From Glaucostegus cemiculus (Eukaryota): a stretch of 64,000 nt of DNA. The notes below the pieces were generated by a model that was not told where the DNA came from, searched no databases, and saw only the letters and a list, made by a program, of their open reading frames with translations. The stretch spans positions 14,074,001 to 14,138,000 of the forward strand of contig CDPCPM010000033.1 in the NCBI GenBank assembly GCA_976551045.1. The letters run 5' to 3'. Shown here piece after piece: positions 52,190 to 64,000 of the stretch. Position numbers and translations under genes: made by a program. Each line of letters opens with the position of its first letter. The first letter of the stretch is position 1.

Positions 52190-52990
52190 ATTTCCATTTC
52201 CCAGTCCCCTGTCCATTGCTATGCAAGTGATGACACTTTGATGTTGAGGTTTACTGTCCAAGTCACCCTTTCAGAAAATGAGTTTCAATTCTCACTACTC
52301 AGTGAAACGAATCTTTCCTCAATCCCTCTCAAATCCTTCTACAAATGGCCTTAAGTTTATGTACCTTAAATTTTGATCTCTTCTCAGGGAATAGGTTCCT
52401 TCCCTGTTCACTCTTTCTTAGCCTCTCAGTTTCATACAGTATAAAATCTGCCCTCGGACTTTGTTCTGAGGATAACAATCTTAGCCAAGCCACTCATAAC
52501 TAAAATATTATCCCTGCCAACATCTTCAGATCTCCTCTGAACCCTCTCTAATGTCATCACATCTTTCCTGTAATGTGGTGACCAGAATTATACACAATGT
52601 TCTAACCTGGGGCCTAATGTTCTATAAAGTTCCAACATGAATTACCTACTCACAACCAACAATAGCAAGTTTGCCAAATGCCATTCCACGTGCCCATTTA
52701 GGAAAATCTCTGGTTTTCCCTTATGCAACACACTCAAGTATTTCTGAAATAGTTCCATTCTTTTTCCCATTAGTCTATCCATGAATTGAATGCTCAGCAT
52801 GAAAGCCTTTACATATTTGAACATTTTTTTTGTTTACCAGTTTGGATTCACGTTACATTGCTTTGCTGTCAAGATACAAATTACGCATATGTTACCAGGT
52901 TATAGCAGTTCTTTCACCATCTCTTCCTCCAAGGTTATTTCTCAAATGCTTAATTTCTTTCTTCATTATTTTGAAACATGAACCTCATTG
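52190..52990 (-). mobile_element. degenerate CR1 fragment
   Basis: cacatctttcctgtaatgtggtgaccagaattatacacaatgttctaac (minus strand: LEHCV*FWSPHYRKDV). Confidence 0.65.
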
Positions 52991-53244
52991 TCAAAGGCAG
53001 TATTTTCCAACCTTAGGTACTCCACGGTGCTTTTTGTGGGGTGTTCCAAGATTCTGACCCAATTATGATCAAGGACTGATGATGTGCTTCCAAGTCAGGA
53101 TGGTGAGCAACTTAGAGGGAATTTGCAAGAGATTCCATGTACCCACTGACTTTGTCCTGACTTGTAATAAAGGTCACAGTTTGGGAATTGCAGTTGGATT
53201 GGTATAGGTAAATAACTGACATGCATTCTACTGACTTTTTACAA

Positions 53245-53575
53245 CAAAGAAGGAAACCATATGGCCCATGTTGGCTTTCTGCAGAGCAATTCCATTCCTG
53301 TATTTCCCTGTAGCCCTGCAACTTATTCTCTCTCACCTGCTTATCAAATCCTCATATTTTTATTTAATTAGCCACTTACCTGCACTAGGGCTAATTTACA
53401 GAAACCAATTAACCTGCCTATCAATGTGTTTCTGGGATGTGAGAGGAAACCACCTCAACTGACATAAACATAGGGAGAATGTTCAAACTCCACACAGACA
53501 GCTGCCAAGGTCAGGATCAAACCTGGATCAGAGGAGTGGAGAGACACCAGTATTAACTGATGTGTCACCTTGCTG
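53245..53575 (-). mobile_element. HE1-like V-SINE
   Basis: gggatgtgagaggaaacc...gggagaatgttcaaactccacacagacagc...ggtcaggatcaaacctgg. Confidence 0.7.
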
Positions 53576-53581
53576 CTGTTT

Positions 53582-53978
53582 CACAAGATCACAAGATAAA
53601 GGAGAAGAAGTAGGCCATTTGGCCCATCAAGTCTGCTCTGCTACTTCACCATGAACTAAACTATTCCTATCTAGCCCCAATTCCCGGCCTTTTCCCCATA
53701 TCCCTTGATACCTCGAGTACTTAGATACCTATCAATCTCCTCCTTAAACACCCCCAATGATAGGGCCTCCGTATGTGGCAAAGAATTCTGTAAGTCCACG
53801 ACCCTCTGGCTAAAGAGATTTCTCCTCATTTCTGTTCTAAATGGGTACCCTCTAATTCTAAGACTGTGCTCTCTAGTCCTGGACTCACCCACCAAGGGAA
53901 ACAACTTTGCCACATCTACTCTGTCCAGTCCTTTCAACATTCAAAATGTTCCTATGAGGTTCCCTTTCATTTTTCTGT
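53582..53978 (-). mobile_element. CR1 LINE 3' end
   Basis: Minus ORF LKGLDRVDVAKLFPLVGESRTREHSLRIRG.PFRTEMRRNLFSQRVV; atcttgtg-repeat tail. Confidence 0.9.
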
Positions 53979-54089
53979 ATGGTACCTACTGCAAGCCCTG
54001 TACATTGGTGGTGGAGTGGATGAACATTTAGGGTGGTGATAATCAGTGCACTGCTTTGTCCTGGATGGTCTTGAGATATTCAGCTCCTG

Positions 54090-54960
54090 CACCATACTCC
54101 TTCATTCAAAAGGATCATGTGATAGCATCATATCCCTTAAATTCTCTGGTATCTGGAAATGTATCAATCTCAGTTTTGAATAAAGAATTCTGAAGGTTCA
54201 CCACCTTTGGCATGAACAAATTTCTCCTCATTTTAGGTGTATCCTTATTTTGAGACTATCATCCCTAGTTGTAGACTCCTTAGTCATGGGAAGCATCCTC
54301 CTGCATATACCTTATTGAGTTATCGAAGAATTTTGTGTTTCAATGAAGTCAAATCACATTTATCCAAACCATAAAGAATAGAGACCAAGCCTTTTCAACC
54401 TAACCAGAGATGACAGGCCTGCTATCTCAGGAACCTGTATGATGAATACTCACTACACTCACACTACAGCAAGATGATCCTTCTTGTTAAGACCAAGGAA
54501 AGTTTACACAATAGTTCACATGCATTCTCAAAGGCCTACGTAATAGTATAGGGCATCTTTACTCTCTTAGACAAATACACTTGCCATAAAAGGCTGTATA
54601 CTATTTAGCTTCCTAATAACTGACTGCATCAGCATGTGTGCTTTCTATGTCTTGTATGCCAGGACACCAAAGTCCCTTTGAACATCAATATTTCACAGTA
54701 ACTCACCACTTAAAAATACCACTTTATGTTTCCTCTACTGAAGTGGAGAGCCTCATATTTTTTCCACTTTGTGCTCTGCCACATCGCTGCCCTGCTTGTT
54801 CATATCTTCTTAAAGCCTATTCACAGTCCCATATAATCTTGCATCATCAACAAACAAGGAAATGTTATAGTAGGTTCCCTCGGCCAAATTGTTGATATAC
54901 ATTGTGATTAGTTAGCCCAAGCACTCCACTACTCAGAGTCCGCCAGCCTAGCGAGGACCT
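54090..54960 (-). mobile_element. old CR1 fragment
   Basis: Decayed versions of the same CR1 3' motifs as 53582-53978, plus aggacaccaaagtccctttgaac (minus strand: VQRDFGVL). Confidence 0.55.
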
Positions 54961-56879
54961 GTTTGCTACTCCTTTTCATTTTCTTTATAATAATCAATTT
55001 GTAAGCCACACTATTATATCTCTCCCTTCCCAACAACCATCTAATTCTGATATCTTGGTCATTTGTAAATTTACTCCATCACTGATGGTTATCCCTTCCT
55101 CTGCCAGAACATTGGGCTCTGGAATTCCCTGCTTAAACTTTTTGGCCTCTTCCTCATGTTTCTGCTTCAAGATAGCCTTTAAAACCTACTCTAAGCAAGC
55201 TTTTGATCATTTACCATGTCTCCTTTGGCTGCACCATATTTTAATTGATGCTCGCTGTTGTACTCCTTTTAATTTTCATCCTTGTCACTTTTATATATTA
55301 TTGCTTAAAGTCCAAATAATGTTTACTTTCACTCAATCGTTAATCTTTGGAAAGCAATAACTTTGCCTTAACTGCTGCTGTGGTTGGAATCAGCTGCGTC
55401 AGCTCAGACTAACAGTTGAACTGCGACATTTCCAGTTGTGGGTTATAACAAATTACTTCATTTTTCCAAGTAGTCACCGGAGAACTGTCTATACTATACT
55501 ACAGGAATGATGCAGTGGTATCAGAGTGGGTGGAGAGAGATTTACATGGATGTTGAAAGCCTCTCTAAACTGGATTATAAATTTCAAAAGGCATGTTCCT
55601 CAAGGTGAAACGTCTGAAGCTTTTTATCATGTAATAAGCAATATAATAATCAGATTGAAACATCAACTAATTCACTCTTTATAGCCACTGCCTAACCTGT
55701 TGAGATTTAGACCTTGTCATAATAATCCACTTGCTTCAGAATCAGTTTTATTGTCACAACCATATACATACATAGTATGCATAGGAGTGAGATACCGTCC
55801 TCCTCAGGTGCTCGTCCTATTAAATAACAACCAACAGAGACACACAGACACACTTAACAGAATAAACATTAAAAAACATTAAACATTAAAAACTACGGAA
55901 GTTAAAATTAAATTAATACACAGATTAAATTAAAAATGGCCAGTAAATAAATAAATTTGCATCATAGCTAGACAATGGAGCTAGAAATTTGAAACTGTTA
56001 CTAAAATAAATATGTAATTTGTAATACTTTAAATAGCTAAATTCAAATATTATTACATATCCATTTTGATCAAAGATCTTGATTGATTACTTTATTTTCC
56101 TATTTCTGCTCCACTGAAACAAAGCTGTTTGGACCTTTAAATGCATATTACACTGGAAAAACAATGTCTTTTAGCTTCTGAAAGTACAACTTCTGAATGA
56201 CAAATTTCATTCACTAGTGTAAATTCAAAATATTGAAATGAGCAGTAGGAATGTTAAAAACAATATGTTAATATCTGAATGACTTAGAACCATTAATTCA
56301 ATGCCAAATCATGCATGGAAAGCAACTTTTTAAAAAAGGACAGAAAGGCAGCATTATGAGAAAAATAAAAGAAAAATTTAAGACAATGAAAATAATTGAA
56401 ATCTGAAGGAATGCTAACTCAATGGTTGTTAAATTCATTCTTAAAGTGGTTATTTTGTAGTAATTGAGATTTCTGCAGTTAAAGTTTACAAATTGGATTG
56501 TGAACACTAACTTATTCAGTTGTATATAAAGACTGTGTATCATGCAAGCAGCACACTTTCATGTGCTTACATGCATTTGTCCCAAAAAGGCATGAACATA
56601 TGCAACAGAAGCAGGTCACTATGCCCTGAGTCTTGTTTACCATTCCATAAGATCAACTGCTATGGTTATTTGTCTCAATTCCACGTCCCTCCAGATCCCT
56701 ATAGCCATCCCTTTCTCTACAAGTTTAAAAAACTCCAAGAATGATTGGACAATTTGGACAGCAACATTCTAACTTCTATGGCTCCAGGTTTTACAAGTCA
56801 GGGCAAAGAGGAGATATATCTGACCTCCTTTGGGGAGGAAAAAAGATATTGCTACTGTGATAATCCAATAACTGCAGAT

Positions 56880-57440
56880 ACCTGCAGCTTCCTGTTGCCT
56901 GCCACTTTAATTCTCCATCCCACTCTGACTCATCTGTCTGTGACCTCCTGTTATATCAAGGTGTTGTGCAAGCTTCTCATCTTCAGTACAAATTGCAGAT
57001 TTCAAGACTCCATATTGAACTCAACAGGTTCCAGTAACTCACCCTCTGTTTCTATCAAGACTGACCAGTTCTGCCACGTGTCATCCATCTGTAAAACTGG
57101 TTCAGTTATTCCTCCCTCCAAGCATGAACATAGCTGACCTACATAGCATTCCTACAGCTCTGTATTTTGAAGCTTTTACATTCCTTCATTTGTGTTATCC
57201 CTCTCTGTGACAGCCCTCATTAATCCAACAACCAGGTTCATTCATCAAAAGCTACCCTGACCTCACCCTATCCCTTTGTCCTATCTGTTCATCCTTCACC
57301 CTCTGCAACTTAAAACTAACTTGCTTTCACTCTTTCCAAGTTCTGATAAAGAGTCTTCAACCTGAAATAGTTACTCTATTTCTCTTTCCACAGATGCTGC
57401 CTGACCTGCTAAGTGTCTCCAGCATTTTCTGTTTCTTTTA
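56880..57440 (+). mobile_element. Penelope-like element 3' end (GIY-YIG remnant, 3' UTR and terminal repeat)
   Basis: cttcctgttgcctgccactttaattctccatcccac (LPVACHFNSPSH); ends with ttctgataaagagtcttcaacctgaaa...cacagatgctgcctgacctgctaagtgtctccagcattttctg. Confidence 0.7.
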
Positions 57441-60125
57441 CAGTGCCAGAATTGTAAATCAGTAAACCTACACAAAGAGAAGACATAATTCATAGTACTT
57501 GGATGTTCAAGGTATCCAAGCATTAGCTACATTTGTCGTTCTTGGTATGACAGCTCAAGGATTTTCCTCGTCATGAGAAGGAATTTGCCGAGTGGTTGTC
57601 AAATGTTTTTTGCAAGGTGCACACTGCAAGCACCCAGTCAGTGTTGAACTGCAGTGAAACCTCAGGGCAATTCACAGCTGTCAATGCAGCAGGCAGCTTT
57701 GTGCTGAATGAGAAAGAATTTTTTTTTACTGTTTCTATAAGCATTGTAAAGCAGAGTCAGAGCTACTTAGACCATTACCCATCTGCCACAGAAAAATCAC
57801 TTCTTTGTCCTTCCATTTTTGAAATTTGTCATTTTCAAATATTTATCCATTGCTTATGCAATAGCATACTATTTTTCTATGTTGAAAATGATACACAAGT
57901 GTATGCTGCCATGGTGAATATTATACATTACAGTACAGCAATGACAAAGCAACAGAATAATGTATAATACGTTCCATTCGCACAGCACATCAAGGTTGAC
58001 GGAGTATATTACTTTTAGAAAAATATTGTCAATAACTGTTCTACTCCTTTTATTGAATTGCTCGATGCATCTTGGTGTATATCTATCAGGTAGCAGATCA
58101 ATTTTGCTCTGGACCTTTTAATCTGTGTTCATAGAACATAGCACAGGAAGAGGCTCTTCAATCCATAAGTCTCTGCTGACTACAGTGTGCAATACTGTGT
58201 GTTGAATATATTGGGTTATCTTCACTATATAATACAATTACAAAATGTTCATTAATTTACAATTATCCTTTTTCATCCATGAAAGGAAGACAGCACAAAC
58301 AAATGAAGTTATTTAACAAAACCTGTACATTTACTGATGGAACAGAGTCTCAATAATTAATGTTACAAAAAGCCTTACTTCAGAACACAGCCTTCATTAA
58401 TTTTCAAATTTAGGTTATTTAAGTGAACGTGCACAAATTATCATCAAATTGACATATAAAACGGCCAGTTTTAACTCAAATGCACCTTTGGATTAACATT
58501 TGTATAATACAGCAGCTTTTAAACAGGACCCTCATTATAATGACATTTAAATATTCCAGCATGCAGATTAACAACACAAATCCAACACATACCTGAAAAA
58601 TACTTCGACATTCTCAGCACACCACATTTTCTTCATATCGTTGTAACAATCTATGGGTTGAAAGTATTGCTTTGCCATATCAAAAGGCCACCTTTAAATT
58701 TTGGTGATCTGCAAAGTAAGGCAAAGGGACAATATTTTACCACACAGCACTTACTTCCCAGCCTTTCCTCAAACTTATATTTCAGACTGCAAAGAACGAC
58801 AAACTAGCCAGTCAGTGGGAAAAGAGCAAAGAGAATCGATGTATCCCCTCAATTTAAACACGTAGCCATCACCTGAGACACTGGCATTTTGTGTAATTGA
58901 AAGATTAGCCCGAGTGGTGGGATAACATGCAGTGATTCACTGGGCATGCATAGTCTGTAGCCAAGCAACAGGGTAAGGATCGTGCAACTTCCAGCTCCCT
59001 GGAACAATAGTAGATGCTCGCAATTTGGGAGGACAGGAGCTCTAAAAGGTAATGCAAGTTCTGCTCGAGAGGAATTGGATGAACTACAGAAGGGTTTTGG
59101 ATACTTAGGATAATTAGGTGCTTAATGCAAATGCAGACTAGCCAGAAGATCAATGAGCGAAGAACATGAGGGAGTCCATCACCAAGTTTATATAGGGCTT
59201 TCACAGAATTGGAGCTTATTCCTTACAACTCAGAAATAGTGGGCAACTTAATGAGCTTATCAGCCCAACCACAAAGCTTGTACCTGGTGTTCCAACTTAC
59301 ATTATAACACACAAACTGGGAAAATTTAGATGCTCTTAGTGCAAACATTGACACCTGTCACACAAGCTCAGATTACTATCATCGTGCCTCTGGATGGTAT
59401 TCTTGGAAGGGAATCCAAGGTGTCACAGTAGTACAGCAACTTATTCTCCAATGTTTTCCCAGGATCACTAGGGCACAAGCTCAGGAAACTGGAAGCACAG
59501 CTCCACAGACTACAATTCTTGTCCTTTCTCAGGATGGCAGTCTGCAAATTCCCATCTCCTCTTCCCCTACCTCCCTGCCCCCCCACAGTATTCTGCAAAA
59601 TAACTAAACTGCACAAACAACATTTATAATTCATAATCACTCATTAGCTTTATAAAACCAGCAAACAAGATAAAGAAGTTTTATTGGCTGGAGCATCTGA
59701 TCCACAGATTGGCAGTTATAAGGGTAACTGCTGGTACCTGCTATCATTTTGGAATAGAAGATAGGGAGCAAGGCTGGAGTCTGCAGTGGGAAGTATCAAG
59801 GGTACAATACAGTTTTGATCTTTAGTCTCATTGGAGGTTGGAAATGGCATTTTTGTGCATATGAAGTGTGTAAAGATTGGCTAGTTTAGTGATTTATACC
59901 CAAGTGCAAGGAGCACAGGGAATAGGCAAATAAGGATACTTGGAAATATAACATTCCAGCTATTAGAAAACGTGATCAAAAGTGACTACTAGCAGTTTAA
60001 CATTACTGCTTACAAGGTTTTCAAATGAGGAGAGGGGATCAAAAATAATCACAGCTGGACAATGCATGTTAGAAGGATCACTAAATATGGCTATATGGGT
60101 TGGATTAAAGAACAAAAAGATAAAT

Positions 60126-60680
60126 GATCAGAATCAGGTTTACTATCACTGACATATGTCATTAAATTTGTTGTTTTGGGGCAGCAGTGCAGCACAGAGC
60201 AAGATGTAAAAATTACTATAAGTTACAAAATAAATAAATAGTGCAAAAAGAGGAATAATGAGGTAGTGTTCATCAAGCATTCAGAAATCTGATGGCAGAG
60301 GGAAAGAAGCTGATTTCGAAACATTGAGTGTAGGTCTTCAGGCTCCTTTAGCTCCTCCCCAATGGTAGTAATGCAAAGAGGGCTTGTCCCAGATGGTGAG
60401 CGTCCTTAGTGATGGATGTCACCTTCTTGAGGCACTGCCTCTTGAAGATGTCCTCAATGGTGGGCGGGGTTGTATCCATGATGGAGCTGGCTGAGTCTAC
60501 AATCCTCTGCACCCTCTTGCGAGCCTCCATACCAGGCAGTGATGCAACCAGGCAGAATGCTCTCCACCATACACCTGTAGGAATTTGCCAGTCTTTGGTG
60601 ACATACCAAATCTCCTCAAACTCCTAATGAAGAGCCGCTGGCATGCCTTCATGATTGCATCAATGTGTTGGACCCAAGAA
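60126..60680 (-). mobile_element. Rex/Babar-type LINE 3' end
   Basis: Minus ORF RKRVQRIVDSASSIMDTTPPTIEDIFKRQCLKK.TSITKDAHH.GQALFALLPLGR; (ctgatt)-type tail. Confidence 0.85.
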
Positions 60681-60703
60681 TGGTCTCCACCACACAGAAA
60701 GGT

Positions 60704-60706
<3 letters not shown>

Positions 60707-60780
<74 letters not shown>
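60707..60780. repeat. (GT)37 microsatellite
   Basis: Perfect GT dinucleotide run of 74 nt. Confidence 0.98.
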
Positions 60781-60782
<2 letters not shown>

Positions 60783-63441
60783 CATTATTACAACAACAGG
60801 AAATAATGACGTGCTGACATTTTGGTTCAGTCAGAGTCAGGAGAGAGGGGAAGAGGGAGATACTGCCTGCTGGCCTCTGTATCGATGGATGAAAAACAAT
60901 AACTGTGTCTGTCACTACAATCCATGTATGGATTTTTGGAATAATCCAGTGGAGTCCACTTTGTCATTAACCTGTAGAAGGAACCAGGTACTTGTGTGGA
61001 CACCCACATCATGAATGCCTTTCAGGGTGGCAGATACTTTGGAACAAAGCATTGGAGGTCATCAGTGACTGAGGTGTCATATGGGTTCCACCGTCAAACA
61101 TTTGGATTTTGTAATTCCTCTCTTTCTCTCTCTACATTTTCTCTTCAGTCAATGGTGGCTTTGCAAAACCCTTTGCTCACATTTCACCTTATAGCTTGCT
61201 GAACTGAACTTTGAGAACTATTCCTGGACTTGGAGTTTGGGAATATGCCACACGCACACTTCGAGTTAAGTTTTTTTGGGGGGTAATGTTTAATATCTAA
61301 CATTTTTACTTTTAACATTCTAACATTTTTACTTTTTTTCCTTATCATAGTAATTATTAATAAAATAGTTTCTAACACTTGTACATGACTTGGTGTGTTT
61401 CTTTTGTTGCTGGTATGTAACACCATGAACTCCAGCAATATCTGTCGCTGTGTACCAAATAGCCGCATATCTTACCAAGATGCCTCTGTGCAACTTTAAC
61501 ACTGCATCTAGGTGACAAAATGGAAAATTGCTAAGGTGGGCATTGTTCACAAAAATCAGAATAATCTAGTGAATTACAGCAACTTCAGCTTCAATTGGCA
61601 AAATGACTGAAGATATCACCAATAATCAAGTCACAATTCAGGATGATCAAACACTCTCTGCTCACTTGGAAGAATACAAATCCAAAATACAAATATCCTG
61701 ACATTATCCAAAGCAGCTTACTTAATTGGCAATCTGTCCATCATCCTAAACATTCACTCCTCTTTCATCATAACTCTGTCCAAGATGTCTATCATCAAGA
61801 TATACTGAAATAAATAATTAACAGAACATCTTTACATCTACAGATTCTACCATGAAGGAAAACAAAGCCTGCAAGTATGCAAGTAACCACTTCTAAATCA
61901 CAAACCATTCTTACTAGGAAATTAATCAGTATTTATTTCCTCATTACTTTGGAAAAATCATTCAGCTCCTTACCCAATGATTTATTTCCTTCACCAATGG
62001 AGTTTAAAGGTAGAGAATGACACAGGAGTAGCGAACAGTCTAATTAGTGCAAAATTAAATTAGGGCTGGGGAGGAAAAGAAAGTCCAGATTTAGAGAGAA
62101 AATAATTATAAAAAGGTTTTAAGTTTTCTTTTTAAGAATTAATTTATAAAATGCTGGAATGAAGAGTGAACAATAGCTTTCTTCAAAGCCAGAGAGTTTA
62201 ATTGGCATTGCATTAACATTTACCACTTTGGTTAAAAGAATACTTATTCCATAATTAATTGCCCTGTGTGCAGCATGTTTAATGAGAAGGTATGCACAAA
62301 AGCAGCTAGTTCTTCAAAATAACAGGGCATTTCAGGGATTGATGCTGTTTTTATGTAGCAAAAGAGAAGTGGTATTTATCAAATCAGCAAGTACACAATT
62401 TGTGCAGCTCTTTCAAAATCCAAAGTCAGTGATATATTTGCCATAAATAAAGACATGTACTGTTGACTCACCATGTCTTTCAGCAAGATTTGGCAAATTT
62501 TACAAATTATATAAAGTTAATAATTGCAGTACTTTGCAAAAAGATATATACCAAGCATATTGAAAAAACATTTTCCTCAATCCATAGAGCTGGATGATCA
62601 TTGTACTAGTGATGCGTTCTATTTGAATTCTGCCCTCTTGGCATTCCTTCATTTACATTTTGAAGAATGTACCAAAACAATATTAAAAATGTTCTCAGCA
62701 AATTGCTCAGGTCCCTTGGTCTTGCACATTTCCACAGCATATCCCAGTCTTTCTGTGATCCTTTATCCTCCAGGCAACTACACCAAAGAGCAGTGTGACA
62801 TATTTAGAAGTATGACATATTCAGTGTTCGCAGAAAATTTAAATCCACTTAACCAGCCTTGAAGGAATAGACTTATCAAGTATCCTGCTGTCATTTTTAA
62901 TTTGTACTCTAATATACTGCACTTAATTCCTATTGGATCACCAGAGTTGGGCACTATTGGAGCACGTGGGATTTGCTGTCCTGAGACTTCATAAGACTTT
63001 ATTAGAAAGTTCCAATTACACTCATTGACTCATTATTCAGTAGGACTATTTAAAACTGTCAAATATAACATTATCTCTGTTCACATTTTAGGAAAATACT
63101 AACTTGATCCAGAATTTCTCAAAGGTTAACAGAAATGGATAGATGCTCTTAAAAACCTTAACTTTGACTGTTCAGTATAACTAAAAGTACTAAATGAATG
63201 CTCCTTTCTGCAGGGAAAGCATGGAATTTCTTTGTAAATTATTAAGAATGCTTGAGACACTGTCAACTTTGAAAACATCTGAACAGTGCCTTAACTCTGG
63301 AAAATACATGCCTTGAATCATAGCTTTTGCTGAAGAAATACATTTAACAGTTCCTGTAAAGTGATGCATAAATGTTGCTTCCTTGTCATCTCCTTACAAG
63401 ATGCAAACCAGTAAATAAAAGATCTCATTTTATTTCTAGGC

Positions 63442-63488
63442 TTAATTTGAACTAAAAGCACCAGCTTTTAATTTGAACTAAAAGCACC
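63442..63488. repeat. 21-bp perfect direct repeat with a 5-bp spacer
   Basis: ttaatttgaactaaaagcacc at 63442-63462 and 63468-63488. Confidence 0.9.
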
Positions 63489-64000
63489 TATTTTTCTTTA
63501 TCTTCTTAGCTCTTCTACTGCATTGTTACTGTCAGTTAATGACATGTAGTTAAAAAATATTAAAACACACAGAAGCAATGAATTGCCTATCTCCCATTAA
63601 AAATTTAACCCTTAATTTTCCAGCATCCCCTCCCCACCCATAACTCTCAAGCACTTCTAAGCAATCTCTGATGATGAGTAAACTTAATTGCTGAGGCTTT
63701 TATTGATCAGGTTATTTGGCAGGCAAAATTAAGCCCCAAAAGAAAGAGCTTTGTGTTTACTTAATAGGAAGCAGAATAATCATGTTCTCCAACTAGTTGA
63801 AACAAAATTTACATCAAGGTTGTATGTGCATTATTCTTCCTTACATAGTGCAAACATATTGGCTCCAGTTTGTAGTTTAATACCTTGACCACATTTTTGG
63901 CAACACCAGATGTGGGAAGGTGGAAAATAAGACAATGAAAACCATTTACATGTCTTCCCTGTAATCCAGAATTCTACTTCCATCCTTTACCAAGACGTGC

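Noticed and set aside
60585-61014. CVCVCV/THTHTH ORFs
   Set aside because: Translations of the (GT)n microsatellite.
58000-64000. Search for GALNT3 terminal exons (the downstream neighbour in mammals)
   Set aside because: No ORF with recognisable GALNT or ricin-domain sequence. The minus ORF 60827-61012 has an acceptor-like site but no recognisable homology.
1-64000. CRISPR arrays, operons or other prokaryotic systems
   Set aside because: The sequence is vertebrate with spliceosomal introns, and there is no regularly spaced repeat-spacer array.

Overview
Eukaryotic, AT-rich vertebrate DNA. The repeat content (HE1-type V-SINEs, CR1, Rex/Babar, RTE and L2 LINEs, Penelope-like elements, a Deu-type SINE) points to a cartilaginous fish, probably a ray; this taxonomic call is an inference. 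The window holds the complete coding region of CSRNP3 on the + strand: four coding exons of 148, 260, 297 and 1071 nt with canonical GT-AG introns, giving 591 aa. The CDS is followed by a long, LINE-poor probable 3' UTR. The rest is intronic or intergenic DNA rich in decayed retroelements, including a nearly full-length CR1 just upstream of the first coding exon, plus a 185-nt assembly gap. The most notable signal is a 51-nt inverted copy of the conserved core of coding exon 2, lying in the preceding intron (35019-35069 vs 35510-35560). It can pair with the exon in the pre-mRNA at 45 of 51 positions, loops out the 3' splice site and covers a CAG (Q87) codon, so it resembles an editing-complementary sequence for A-to-I recoding. 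A second exon-derived 22-nt copy, carrying a hairpin, sits just before the last exon. Neither has been tested, and neutral duplication remains a valid explanation. Repeat boundaries are approximate and repeat families were assigned by eye.
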